A stretch of DNA of 64,000 bases, from positions 64,916,001-64,980,000 of the forward strand of contig NC_058368.1 in the NCBI RefSeq assembly GCF_018350175.1, read 5' to 3'. Every line of letters begins with the position of its first letter. The stretch's first letter is position 1. The notes under the pieces were generated by a model, which saw only the letters and a list, made by a program, of their open reading frames with translations, searched no databases and was not told where the DNA came from. Source of the stretch: Felis catus. Taxonomy: Eukaryota. The position numbers were made by a program, and so were the translations under genes. This document shows positions 1 through 13,479 of the stretch, piece after piece.

Positions 1-147
1 AGCAGCTGCGAAGCTACAGAGCAAGTTAATTGCCAAAATAATTGCAAATAATGCATACAAAAATTAATTTCCACACAATTTTCAGGGGTAATACTATGTA
101 CTTAATATAGTGTGAAAGGCATTCTGATCCATTGACCTATAAATAAA

Positions 148-188
148 GGAGGGAGGAAGAAGGAAGGAAGGAAAGGAAAGGAAGGAAA
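148..188. repeat. (GGAA)n-like purine simple repeat
   Basis: ggagggaggaagaaggaaggaaggaaaggaaaggaaggaa. Confidence 0.8.
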
Positions 189-299
189 TCACAAATAGAT
201 AATTACCATTCAGTTCCCGATATGATTCTGAACAAATTTTTCATCCCTTTTTCTTTCCACAAATCCTTATTGAATTACTGCCTTGTATCTTGGGTATAC

Positions 300-490
300 T
301 GTATACATGACAAGTTCTGTATAGAGATGTGATGAGGATAAGGACATAGCATTGGGTGACAGCCTCTCAGTAGGTGAGGTTTGAATGGAGTCCTGAAGAA
401 CATGAAAGGAGGAAGGAAGCCTTTTGACAAAGGGAGGGAGTATGATTGTGAGGTGAGAGCGCATCATGTTCAAAGACCCTAAGGCAGCCA
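300..490 (-). mobile_element. Degraded LINE-2 fragment
   Basis: Purine-rich L2-antisense-like text (gaggtttgaatggagtcctgaagaacatga...gttcaaagaccctaaggcag). Confidence 0.4.
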
Positions 491-3054
491 TATGTATTTA
501 TCACAGTGAAATGCCAAATAATAAACTGATTTTCCTCTCACTTTTCTTGAAGATAATCGGGATCCTATTAACTCTGCTGTCTGTGACTAAAGACTGGTGT
601 GTTTCTCATTATTACACCAAAAACCTAAGATATTAAAGGCACCAGTGATTTCAGACACTTTTTATTAGACATGTCTGAGATGCTGCCTTACTTTTGAATA
701 TAGATTTTCTTCTCTATGATTCATAGCTTGTGATTTTAGTGTAGCTATAGTTTCATTTTCTAGTTAAGAATACAAAATATGACTAGTCAAGGTTTTTGCC
801 TAGATAGTTTAACCCAGTAGTACCAGAATACTTTTATAAAACCAAATTATTATTGTACTATCTTACTATTTCTTATATTGCCATTTTAAATATAAGCTAT
901 CAAATATCTCTATTGTTCAATTATTATAATTTCAAAGAGCTCATGCTATTTTATATCTCCCTAATACTTCTGCAAAGATTGCCATTTCCCCCTTTGTCAA
1001 CTGATAAACTGCAGATCATGCTTCAGTTATTATCTATTCCAAGATGATTTCCACTCAACCTCTCTCCTCTTATGCTTTTCTGTGGACCTAGTAGATACCA
1101 TTATTGACTGATGATACAATATTATCTGTTTCCCATACTAGACTGCTCAGAACTTTTATTGCATACAGGAGGTCACATATATAGATTGATTTGATGAAAT
1201 GGTTGTTGATGTGGGGGGAAAAATGTCCTATGGGCAACCTTCCCTATGCTGATCAGGGAATTGTCACAGTGATATATGATTCACTAGTCTGGAAATCTCC
1301 TATTTTGGAACTCTTCATTTTAAATAACCTAGATTTGATTGTTCAAGCTCCAAGATCTAAACTTCTGTGGGGTTAGGTACCAAAAGTGAGGGGCCAGATG
1401 ATTTAATGACCATCCTCTTCCCAAATAAAGGGCCAAACTCCATCAACATTTAGTAATATATTTTTTCCAAATTTAGGCTTCCCAATTTAGCGGTTTGTCC
1501 CCAATGTCTATTTTCCTGTTGAGATTAATGATGATATCATATGACATCTTAGGAGAAAATAAAGGGAAAAGAGTCTATGCCCTTGGGCTCTTCAAAGAGA
1601 AAAGTAAACTCAGAAGCCAGCTTAGAAAAAATGTATAGGGAAAAATTCTAAGAAGAAAATGTACTAGGAACATATTTTACTTCTCTTTAATTGTAAGGGG
1701 AAAAGATCATTCCCTTTAGTAGTTAAAATCTGATCTTCAAAAACATGTTTGGTATAGTATCCCTAAATGGCACAGTACTGTTTTAAAATGAACAAAGAAT
1801 TTAGGACAAAACTAAAATTAAACTCCTCTTACAGTAAAGTAATGAACAGAAATGTTTCATGGAAAACATCAGCTATTTCAACAGCAAAGAATTATTGACA
1901 ATTTGGTTTCAGATATTTGGCCAGTTTAATAACAGTGAGTACCCTGCATTCAAAAGAAAATCAAATAGGTTGGTTTACACTTAGAGATGGAACTAATATC
2001 ATCCTAATTTTGAATAAATAAATCAGCTCTGTTATAATTATAATTAATGGATATGTTCTGCTCCCAGATTCTTAATAATTATTATGTAGTTATTTGGCTA
2101 AAGTTTATGAAGAAAGCTATTCTGCCACTAGAGTGGTAAATATAGCCATGATCAAAATTACAAAAGAAAGAGTGACTAATTATTAAACTCACATTCATAA
2201 GTCTCATGTTTTCCCCAATATTAATGAATGGGTTGATAGTACCAGTCTATCTAAAAGGTCACTTCATCTGTGACATTCCTTTTGTAATCTTTCCATCAAT
2301 ACTAAGACAAGGGTAAATGCCATATTCCTGTGTAGTTTACTCTGAAAACATTTAGCAAATGCCAAGCCATTGTTATTCTCCTAGCCACTCAATTTAGAAG
2401 GTAGCTGTGGATTACTTTTATTTTTCTTCAGCAATGGATCAACAGATGATGATGCTTTTTACAAGTTGAACTAAAACATGAAAAACTCACCCTATACTCT
2501 CAAGATGTGTCGAGTAACTTAGCGTTGCAAGAGTTTCTCCCTCTCTAGGAGCATATGTTCTTGCAGGCTACAAGCCCAAAACAATTATCTAAATATTAAA
2601 TGTGTAACAGAAATTATTTTAGACCTTATTAAATCATTTAGATATGTGATGCCTGATTCTCTTCTTTCTCAATCTGAAAACATGTGAAGTGAATATCCAC
2701 AAAATAAAACTTTTTCATTATTTGTCTATAGTTATACAATGGGGTATGGAGCAGTGGGAACCATTAACTCATTTTCAATATCGCTTTCCCCAAATTTCCC
2801 CTGAAAAAACTCATCTTCTATAGTCAGGAAACCACAAACATTCATAAAAGAAAGAAATGAGTTCATGTTCCATCTGTGGAGTTGAAATCATGGCAGGGTA
2901 AAACCATTAACTGTAATTCTCCATGGAATATATAATTAGTCTAGGAATCTATCATGTAGCAGTTTGGTTTGTTTGCTGAAAGCCAGATGAAATACTCTTT
3001 CCATCATTTATTTGTTTAGTCCATTAAGAGGTGACATATGTGTATTGAGAGGTG

Positions 3055-3535
3055 GTAAAATATGGTGGTTACAAGCATGGACCCAGGAGACAGACTGCCT
3101 CTGTGCAAATCCCAGCCTGCAATTTAGTAACTATGTAACTTCAGATAATACTTCTCTGTGCACTGCCATTCTCCATGCCTCAGTTTCTTCATCTAGAAAA
3201 TAAGGATACTGGGGCACCTGAGTGGCTCAGTCAAGTGTCAGACTTTGGCTCAGGTATGATCTCGTGGTTTGAGTTTGAGCCCAGCATCAGGCTCTGTGTT
3301 GACAACTCAGAGCCGGGAGCCTGTTTCATATTCTGTGTCTAGCTCTCTCTCCGTCCCTCCCCACTCACTCTGTCTCTCTCAAGAATAAATAAAACATTAA
3401 AAAAGTAAGATAAGGATACTAATAGTACCTGCCTTTCAGCGTTGTATGGATTGAGTTATCATATGTTAATAGCTATATAGGACTCCTCACATGTCAGAAT
3501 GTATATAAGTGTGAGCTTCCATTGCTATTATTATA
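3055..3535 (+). mobile_element. MIR SINE, split by a SINEC insertion
   Basis: MIR core (gcaaatcccagc...ctccatgcctcagtttcttcatctagaaaataagg) resumes after the SINE at 3421 (aatagtacctgcctttcagcgttgtatggattgag). Confidence 0.75.
3211..3406 (+). mobile_element. Felid tRNA-derived SINE (SINEC_Fc-type)
   Basis: ggggcacctgagtggctcag head, CT-rich linker, aataaataaaacattaaaaaa tail; TSD ataaggatact at 3200-3210 and 3410-3420. Confidence 0.93.
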
Positions 3536-4169
3536 TGTACTTCCTAGGTCTTAATTACTGAAAAATCAACCCTCCTTAAAATATGGATAGTAAATGCTCC
3601 CCAATGATAGATATTGTAATACTGAATTTCAGTATGGATTGGAAATTGGTACGATTAATTCCAAATGCCAATTAATCTGGCCAATTGATATATAATAATT
3701 ATAAAATCTATTTATACAAATAAGCCATGATGTCTTCTATGATGTGAAATTATAATGCCATGATGAAAAGAAATATAATATTTTATATTTTAATAAAAGT
3801 TAATAAAAGGCAGGATATAGAATGTGCTCAATTACGCCATGGACATAATTTAATTCCAGTGGCCTTGCAAGGTTTTTATTATTATTATTATTATTGTTAT
3901 TATTCAGATGAGGTATTTTGGAATGAAAATAGATATATATGATTTTGATCAATGGACATGGTTGGATAATGTGGTTAAATTGTGGCTAAATTGTCAGATA
4001 CAATAGGTGATTGGACAGATTTGGTCTTGATTGGGAATATTAGAAAACTTAAATGCCTCCCTAAGGAAACTGACACATCTTGAGCTGAGAAAGACAGTGG
4101 AAGTGTTTAAACAGAGCAGGGATAAATTTTATCTGATTGGTAGAAATCAAATATTGACAGTTGTATAAA

Positions 4170-5520
4170 GAATGTTCAGGAAACTTTTGGTAAACTCTTC
4201 TGGTAAAACAGTGTTTTGAACGCATGCTTTGAACTTCTACACCTGCCACAAACATGGCACAAAAATTATAAAATAATTAAATAATAAATACCAGATGTAG
4301 CCACACTCAAAAAGCAAAGTAATGCTCTATGGAACAGGAAAGGAAGAAAAACCCAGAGTGGTGAGAACCATGACATTAAGTTCAAGCCACTACTATCCAT
4401 ATCCAAAAGCAGGAAGAGTTACTTGTGGGGTAATGAGGACCACACTCACAGTGAAGGATCCCTGCCAGACAAGGGCATGGGGGTATGGGCAGCCAAAGGA
4501 CCTCGCTGTTCCCTGGAAGGAGCCTGAAGACAACTGCCCTGTAGACTGAAACTCCAGCTTATACACAGGTACATACACCTGAAGAAAATATAAAAAGCCA
4601 CCTGGACTGAACTTGGTCCAAATTAATCTCTTTTACTAACTTCATGCAAGGTAAAACAGTAAACAAGGTAAAACTTATCATCAGACTTGAAGCAGAGGGA
4701 AGATAAGTTCCTGAAATGCACACTCCTACTGGTACAAGACAAACTAAAAGACAAATGACCAACAAAATCACCAGCTGAAAAATGAATTCACTGCCAACAT
4801 GGAAGAAAATAATCAGAAACAGTCTTTACCAAAGTTATGCTCCAAGACTCTAATATATAAAAAGAATGATAAATTATGAAAGAAAACAGACATGTATGAA
4901 CCAAGAGGAAGTGGACAAAAAAATCCCAGAAAACAGGAAATTAAAAAAAAAAACTTAAGTGAAAAAAAAATTAAATACATACAATTAAATTTTCCTAAGG
5001 GAAAATGGTAATTTATGAAATAATACATGAGGAATTCTGTTAGGATAGAGCAAATTTTTTAAATAAAGTAAAATTTTATTTCTAAATAATTTTAATGTCA
5101 TTTACAAACATTTTTTTTAAATTTTTTTGAGAGAGAGAGACACAGAATCTGAAGCAGGTTCCAGGCTCCCAGCTGTCAGCACAGAGCCCAACATGGGGCT
5201 CGAACCCACAGACCACGAGATCATGACCTGAGCCAAAGTCAGACACTTAACTGAATGAGCCACCCAGTGCCCCTAATGTCATTTTTAAATGAAAAAAAAT
5301 TAAACACAGGAAACAGAGAACCATTATAGTACTTCTAATAGGGAATAAAAAAGTGGAATGGTAGGAAAAAAATAAAATATGAAGTGAGAATGAAGACTTT
5401 CCAGATGAATGATGTGAGGTCTTATACTGACAGTATAGATCTAGTGCTGACTAGTATAAAGAATAAATTTGTATTTTGATATTAAATATAAAATCCTAGA
5501 AAGGAAAAGAGAGCCATCCC
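4170..5520 (+). mobile_element. Very old HAL1 or L1ME 5'/ORF1-type remnant (interrupted by a SINE)
   Basis: A-rich strand bias and L1 ORF1/HAL1-like phrases; highly decayed. Confidence 0.4.
5111..5273 (-). mobile_element. SINEC_Fc-type SINE
   Basis: Reverse-complement head (gagatcatgacctgagccaaagtcagacacttaactgaatgagccacccagtgcccc), T-rich tail, TSD-like taatgtcattt on both sides. Confidence 0.92.
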
Positions 5521-5529
5521 ATAATGAGA

Positions 5530-6050
5530 TAAAGGAGGAAGATACTGAGAGCATTGAACAGTTTTGAACATGTATACCTAAAATCATAAATGAATGTTAT
5601 TTAAAACTCAGGAGGAATTCCTAGGAAAAATAGCAATGTATCAATATTTATATCTCAGATAATAGTAGTACATTAGTAGAAAAAAAATCAAGGATAGGAT
5701 GTGAAGTAAAACAACAAATGATCAAATATAAATATGGAAGCCTGAAATCCACAAGTATAGGATGTTCACTTCTTGAAGCATACATGAAACCTTAATAAAA
5801 ACTGACCACATGTAGATGAAAATAAAGACATTTCGAAGAATGGTATCCTAAAGACTGCATTTCTTTTTACAGTGATGAGAGAGCATTTTTCCACAGCTTT
5901 CTATCTTAGTTTCTGCTTAGGGGATCAAAATATCAAAATCATGATGATGAATATCAATTTACCCATTAAATGCAAAACCTGTTTTCTAAAATGTCAACAT
6001 AGGACTCAACAAAGAATTGCAACCTTCTGTAGAATTTATGGACATTTAAA
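5530..6050 (+). mobile_element. Old L1ME ORF2 (endonuclease region) remnant
   Basis: L1 EN-like phrases (aacatgtatacctaa, ttcacttcttgaagcatacatgaaacc, aaaactgaccaca). Confidence 0.55.
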
Positions 6051-6069
6051 ATATGAACATGTCCCCTGT

Positions 6070-6520
6070 TATACTTTTGACTTAATTCCCATTCACCTGT
6101 TTCTTGATTTATTTCCTCATCTTCAAAACAAGGAGATTCGATTACATAACCATTAAGGAGCCCTCCAGGTCAATAACTGCATGATGATGCATCTTTTCAA
6201 CTGTTACCTTTTCCCCGTGTTTCTTACAGAAATAGTTTGCTTTTCTTAGAAGGTACTGAAAGAAGATAGTTTGGAGAATCAAACAAATCTGACCTTGAAT
6301 CATGTTCTGCCACTCACTAATGGTAGAACTTTACATGAGCTATTTATGCTGTTAAGCTCAACACTTCCACCTCTGAAAGGAAGGCAAAAATGAAACCAAC
6401 CTCAATTTTCAATGATATGAAAACGTTTTGAAGTTTCAACCGACTTGGAACCAAAAAATTGCAAATCACCTATGAAGTGCCTGGACCTTCATATGATAGA
6501 TTAGAGACAGTCTAGATTAT
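6070..6520 (+). mobile_element. MIR fragments
   Basis: tttcctcatcttcaaaacaagg; ttggagaatcaaacaaatctgaccttgaatcatgttctgccactcactaa. Confidence 0.55.
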
Positions 6521-9500
6521 GGAACACATAGTGAGTATTAACTCCTTCCCTCTCCATTCCTCACTTCTTTTCTCCCTAAGCCTTTATCCTCAAGCCCCGG
6601 CCTACCACACAGCATCAACAAGCCACATTGCTGTAGGTCTCTTACAATGGGCATGCGCCAAAGAGAACAAGGCACGACAGTGTTGAGGAGGAGGTGTCTC
6701 CCCATTGGATAACTGGATATCTAAGACCTAAGCGTAGTGTTCTGGCCCAATCAAATTCCGATATCAGACATAGTTGATGGATGTTTGTTTCCAGCTCTTT
6801 GTCAAGCACAACACTATGAAAGCTGCTCAGCAGTTTGCAGGACGCCACAGTCAGCAAGGCAGGCACTCTCTCTGCTCTTTTCATAATTTATACTAAATTG
6901 ATGCAGGCAGAAAGCATGCAATGCCTTTTTACTTTCCAAGTTTGAAACAGCTAGTGAATCATTTATATGTTTTTTTTTTCCTTGCTGGAAAATTAAATAT
7001 TCTTCATATTGAGGATTTTTAGAGTATTCAAAAGGGGAATATTACTCAGTTTGCTTTATGTGATGATACCTTCACTGTAATTCAAGCAAATTGACTTCTT
7101 AGTATATAAAATTTCAAGGCATTCAGACAGGAATATTATCTCATTTGTTTGTGGGATTTTCATATGTTTTTAATTTAATCTTTAAATTTCATGCTAGATA
7201 TGAAGAACAATTTCCTAGCTACAATTTTTAACCTTTATAAAGTAAAACCTCACTTTCTTCTTCAAGGCATTGAAAATTTTTAAATTTATATTCAGTACAT
7301 TAAACAAACCAAAAGACAAACATTCAAAAATTAAATTCACATTAATTACACACATTGCCACAAGAAAACTCTAAAGTAACTTTATGATTTGTACCTATTA
7401 ATTGTTCTAAATGAACTGCACTCCTAAGATATGTAATAGTCTAGATTTTTCACCTTTTCTGCACTTTGGCTCTAAGAAAGATTGCATAAAAACAGAAACA
7501 AATTAGAAAGATCTTTAGAAAGGATTCCTCTTTCCCTAGCAATCTGAATACTTAGCAAGACTTATTATCAGACTTGCATTTTTTCTTTCAGTGAAACAAA
7601 AACCCCTTTGGTATCTTACTTCCCCATTCCTTGGGTAACTGAGGATATATAGATGTCTTTGACAAATAAGGAAGTGGGAAGGTGACTGACCTCATGTTGA
7701 TTTCACATACTCCAAAATCCCTACTATCCAGAAAATCTTTCTCTTATCCACTTAAAAATCTCAGATTCAGATACTGTGTCCAAGGAAAAAGGAATGAACA
7801 TGAAAACTTTTTATGTTAAATTGACAGACTCCTCTATATAGTCATTCATTCAAAATTATTTAACACATGAGTCAGACATTTTTCTTTACTCCATTACCAT
7901 ATTAACTCATGATAGTTGATCAGATAAATCAGTCTCAAAAATTTTTTAAGAGAGCAAGGAATGGTGCACATGACATTTAAAAATTTGCAGTAGGATGGGT
8001 AGAGGAAACCAGAATGTCTGGAAAATTAAAGTGTAAGCAAAATCAGGTAAGGGATGAGGGTTAATAGATACTGATGCATAACAAGTTTCAGAGGAGTCTT
8101 TTCAATGGGTTTCCATTTTACAGTTGTTTTGATCTAATTGTTGGATCCTATAAAAATGTCTAGGTTTGTTTGTTTGCATTGATGACTACCATGTAGTCAT
8201 TCCAATAAAGGAAACATTCTGCCCCCTCCATACCCCTTTATTTCCTAAATGCATGTCGATTGCTTTTCTCCTTTCTCTTTGCCATTTCACTTTTCTGCCC
8301 TTATACATAAGTATGTATTCAAACAATTTATGCTGTCAGGGAAGAGAGAAGAAGTTGAATAAAAATGCAGATGACAGAATATCTGCTCTGGTTCAAATTT
8401 TCCATCTTATTATACTGTTAGATATTAATAATTTTCTGCCATGATAGGTTGGCTAGTTCTTACCCAGCCAATTCCCATTCCAGAGTATGATAACAGCTCT
8501 GGATCTTCAAATCTTTACTATCCGAAAGAAGATAATCACTCTTGCTCCCTTTCCCACAAGGTAAAAATCACAGAACTGTTTACCTTAAGCCAAGTATTCT
8601 GTTATGACATGTTTAAAGGAAAGGCTATGTATAACTACTGGTATTGTGATCACTGGTAGTCACTGGGAAATTTACATTATAAATCCTCATCCGAAAGCCC
8701 AAAACAGGCATACCACTGTCACTCTTCCAGTACACATACATGAAGATAGGAAAGTCATCTAGGAAGAACCGAACACCAGCCTGTCCTTTAGTCATTTTGT
8801 TTAAGCCTTCCCTTAACTACACTATACATGGGATGTCTGTTTGTGAGCTACGAGCTGTTATCGCAATTTGTAGAAGGTGAAAGTTGTGTCCCAATGATCA
8901 CCATCACGTATGCCTAAAGCATTTCTAAATCTTGAGCATGACTTGCCATTAAGGAATCTCGTGCAATTGGAATAATCAACCTTCCAGGGAAATTGTTTAC
9001 TCTTTATGGAGAAAGATGAAAGTACAGAAAAGAAATAGAGCCAAAGAATGATACAGATTTAAGTGGTGAAGGGCCTTAGGATCTGGAATGTCCATTTCCC
9101 CTCAATATACAAAGAGTCCTAAGCAATTTAATAACTTCCTCAATGATACAAAAGTAGCTGATAGCAGAACATGGGTTTAACTTCTGATATTCTCAATTCT
9201 CCATAGTACCTTAGGTTTTTTTATTTGCTTGTGTGCTTGCTTGTTTGTTTTTTGGTGGGGGGTGTAGAGAAATGTCAAATTCTCCAACACTCAAATAATA
9301 TTTTTACTATTCTTTAACAGTTCTAATTCTGTTAAATGATGACTTTCCAATCTCCATATTGTTATAAATGTAAAAAGTTGTTAGCAAGAATGTAAGGTCA
9401 TTTATAAAACTATTTCCAATTATTCTTGACTTCAGATGTCTTGACAAAAGAAAGAGAAATATCTCTTGTATAGGATCATCTGCAAGAATTATGATTAAAA

Positions 9501-10809
9501 TCTATTTACATACACACACGTACACACACTACCTATACTTTTTTTTTCCATTCTACCCATATATTCTATGTATATAATCTAGCCTTCCAATCTTCCTTAA
9601 AAATAATGGCTTTCAACACACTTGTCTTTGGTTAAATATTGCTCCTGACCATTTTAGAGTATTTGGGATCTAGCCAAACAAACGCAGCTCAGAAACTTTC
9701 GCGTGTCCACATGGCAAGTGACACACAGCATTTTTACTGAGGTATTTGGTGCCTGAGGCCAAGGATTGACTTTGGCAAAGCATTTCCTGGAATGTGGGTT
9801 GGAATATTCTAACTGCTGAACACATTCCCCCAAATTTTAAGTACCTTTGAAAAATGGAAAAGGGAATGCTGTCATAAGTGTTACTTAGCCAGAAACTATT
9901 TTTAAAAGCACTTTCCTCAATAGGGTAATATTTATTAAGAAAATTAAAAAATATTCTACACTAGTAAGTGGCACTCAGGAAAGTATGTCTAAATTTATTG
10001 GAATCAGGAGTTAAATCCTTTATGAAAATGATGCTGATTTTAGTACATCAATAATGTACCACTAATATGGCCATGCTATAATTATGAATAATCAGATCTC
10101 AAAACATAAACTCAGCAACCTCAAGTGATATGGCCTAGTTCATTGTCAAAAGCAATTAAACCATTCAGCAGAGAGGATTCTGTAACTTTTTAATTTTTTA
10201 AAATATCCATATTGGAAATTTAAACTCCTTTCAGAGCCCAATTCCCTTTACAACTGAGGAGGTTTTGTGCTTTTGTGTAATATCTACATTCTTATTGTAA
10301 TATCACTATATAAATCTCTTGCTCTATTCACCTTGAAATAATTATTTGTAAGCTCAGGCCTTGGCATTAACAAATTTGTCTTTAATTTTGTATACCCCTC
10401 CATTTTTAACTTTCTCTCATAGACTGTTTTTCAACCTCTGATCATGTCCATTTTCTCCCATCTGAAGAGACTGCAGAATCTCTAACTTGGTGTTCAAAAG
10501 GGCTAATATTTTCATATCTGAAATTCATAAGCAGATAGTAAGTGTTCCATAGCTTAAGTTAATTCATTGATTACTTCCCTGTAGAGTGGTTTTGTTTAGC
10601 ATCATGGAGATACCACACTTAACCTCCCTCCCCCCAAAAAATAACCCAAATTAGGTAATCTAAAGCAGTATAGGGCAGTTTACAGACTTTTATGAATATA
10701 TAAGTAAAACAGAAAATATTTTGTCCTCTAACATTTAGTGCAAAAATAGACCTTTCTCAGAGCCCTCAAGTGACAAAGCTGTCATTTGTTTCTATTGTTA
10801 GACAGGGGA

Positions 10810-11045
10810 GCATGATGATGAAAGACTGCCTTCCACATCAGGTGTCTCTGAGTTTGGGGAAAAAATGATACCATTTATTGGCTGTGTGTTATGAGACAAC
10901 TTATTTTACTTTGGTCACAATCTCCTCATCATTACAATACTTCTTTGGGTTGTTAGGGAAATCAGAAGGGATATTAAATGTGCAACAACTTAGCACAATA
11001 CCTGAAATTTAGCAAGCGCCATAAGAAGGTTTTGCCGTTATATTT
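10810..11045 (+). mobile_element. MIR
   Basis: ggctgtgtgttatgagacaacttatt...gggttgttaggga...cttagcacaatacctgaaatttagcaagcgcc. Confidence 0.6.
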
Positions 11046-12269
11046 TTATAATTATAATTAATACCATGGTTGTTTAACTTCCTGCAGTACGGAAGAGTGG
11101 TTTGCCAATAATCCCCATACACAAAAGCAGAATTCAACAGTTTAGGACACTAGGAAAACTATCTGAATAAAAGAAAAACAAGAAGAAGAAGTGTCAAAAC
11201 TCCAAATATGTATTATGGTTGATAGTCATCTGTGTAACTTGTTCATAATGTTAGTTTATGGAAAAGAAAGAATATTTGTTTAGTTCTGCTTTGAAACTTG
11301 AGGTAGATTATCGAAATCAAGAGTAGGATCAGCTTCCCAGTCGCCACTGCTTGACTGTGTGCTCTCAGTTTGAGGTGAGATTCCTTGCGTTATTCTTCTG
11401 GTATTTGTTGGCTTTGTATCGTTTTGCCTCCTTGTCAAAATGCACTGTTGGCTGCATGAAAGCAACCCGCGTTTGTTTCTTCTGGCAAAGAGATGTGGTA
11501 GGAGGGTGACTGGGAGCGTTGTTTATAGAATAACGGCATTAGTGAACAGTTTTGATCTTTAGGCTTTTATCCCCCCCCAAAAAAACCATGAGAGAAGTTG
11601 CCAACGTAAAAATTATTTCCTTTGCTGTAAAATTGGAATGATAACAGAATTTTTTTTTAAGGGTACCTATTTGTGCAATGAGTCCAACTGGTATTTCCTC
11701 AGGTACATTAACATATAATGCAGACAACTGGTTCAGCTTTTTCCTGAAAAAATGTGCCGAATATTTAATTTATTTTAAATGAGTAAGTTATTTTAAATGT
11801 GAAACCGTTATATATATAAATATATACCATGTCAACAACACATCAATTATTTAAGTTTTTATATAGGATTGCAGAAACTGATCAGGAATATGTATAAACA
11901 TGTTGTATATCAGTCAGCACCAACTCAAGCCTGTAGGAAGAAGTCTCACCTTTCTAACAGCACATACACTATTCCTCCAAACATATGTAATCATTAAAAG
12001 GAAAATGAATAAAACATTTTTAGAAATCTGCACAAGTTTTATTACCTCAGACCTAAGAATTTGGGCTATTTGTAAGTTGCTTCCATACTTTAATGCTTTG
12101 AAAGCATTGTTTTTCTCCTTAAGAAAATTAACACAACTGCTTCCCAGATAGAGTTTGGGACTTTTAGTTTCTTTATTTAGATACATACAATGTACTCAAG
12201 TTATAGCAAAGATTATTACTCTTAAGTAATTATCAGTCATCATCTCTTTTCAGCTTATTGTGTTTAATG

Positions 12270-12850
12270 TTTTCTCAGCTTTATTATGGTATAATTGATA
12301 AAATTTTAAAACATTTTAACTGTACATAGTGACGTTTTGATATATGTATATACTGTGAAAGATTCCTCCAATCCAGTTGATTAACACATCTATCACCACA
12401 TTTATTTATTTTTGGTGAGAATATTTGAGTTCTACTCAAATGTCAATTATATAATACAGTGTTATCAATTATAGTTACCACGTAGCACATTAGATCCTCT
12501 TTGAGATCCTGTTTTCATTTTCTTTGGATATTTGCCCAGAAGTAGGATTGCTGGACCGTATGGTAATTCTATTTGTAAATTTTTTTGAGGAACTCCCAAT
12601 ACTGTTTTCCCTAGTGGTTGTATTATTTACATTCCCACCCACAGTGCACAGGGTACCCTTTCCTCCACATTCTTACCAACACTTGTTACCTCTTGTCTTT
12701 TTGATGATAGCCATTCTGAGACATATGAGGTGATGTCTCACTATGCTTTTGATTTGCATTTCCCTGATGATTCGTGATGTTGAGTGTCTTTTCACATATC
12801 TGCTGGTCATTTACATGTCTTCTTTGGAAAAGTATCTATTCAGTTGCTTT
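12270..12850 (-). mobile_element. L1MA9-like 3' end with an internal deletion
   Basis: Antisense L1 3' UTR, then antisense ORF2 C-terminus (tttacattcccacccacagtgcacagggtaccc; ttttgatttgcatttccctgatga); the sequence jumps at ~12500. Confidence 0.85.
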
Positions 12851-13057
12851 TATTGTTGGAAGGAGTAATCATGATGGTGCTGGTTCTGGTATTTCTAGTG
12901 AGTGAATTAGTTTCAACCTCAAGTCTGATCACATGAAAGCCTCATGATAAAGGCTATCAAACAATCAAGTATCTATAGAACTGAAATTTTGGCTGAAATT
13001 ATGCAAATTTGATAAGACAGTTGTAATCCATTTATTTAAATCAAATATATACAATCT

Positions 13058-13092
13058 ATGTGTGTATACACACACACACACACACACACACA
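13058..13092. repeat. (TG)/(CA)n microsatellite
   Basis: atgtgtgtatacacacacacaca... Confidence 0.9.
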
Positions 13093-13479
13093 AACGCTTA
13101 CATATATACAAATTAAATTAACCAGTTAGAAAAATTGCAGTTTTGAATATAAAATGTCTCTTATTATTGGATATTTAATTTTGGCATCTTTCCATCTTTG
13201 TTTCATATTTTGACAGACACTTCTGTATATTTTTAAACTTTTTGCTTTTAGCTTACTTTCTTAGTAAGAGAAATAGTCTTCATTATAGTGTCGAGAATTT
13301 GCCATTGAAAGTTTTATCTATTTAAATTTAAGATTATTCTCAGATTCTTAAAAATGAGACCATTGCTTATCTGCAGTCGGTGATTCTTCTGGGAAAAGAC
13401 AAAATATTAGCAGACAAATGTTCTCTCTTGCAATTCCCCCTTTCAACTCAGGTTTTTGGCCATCTCCTAGTTTAAGCTT

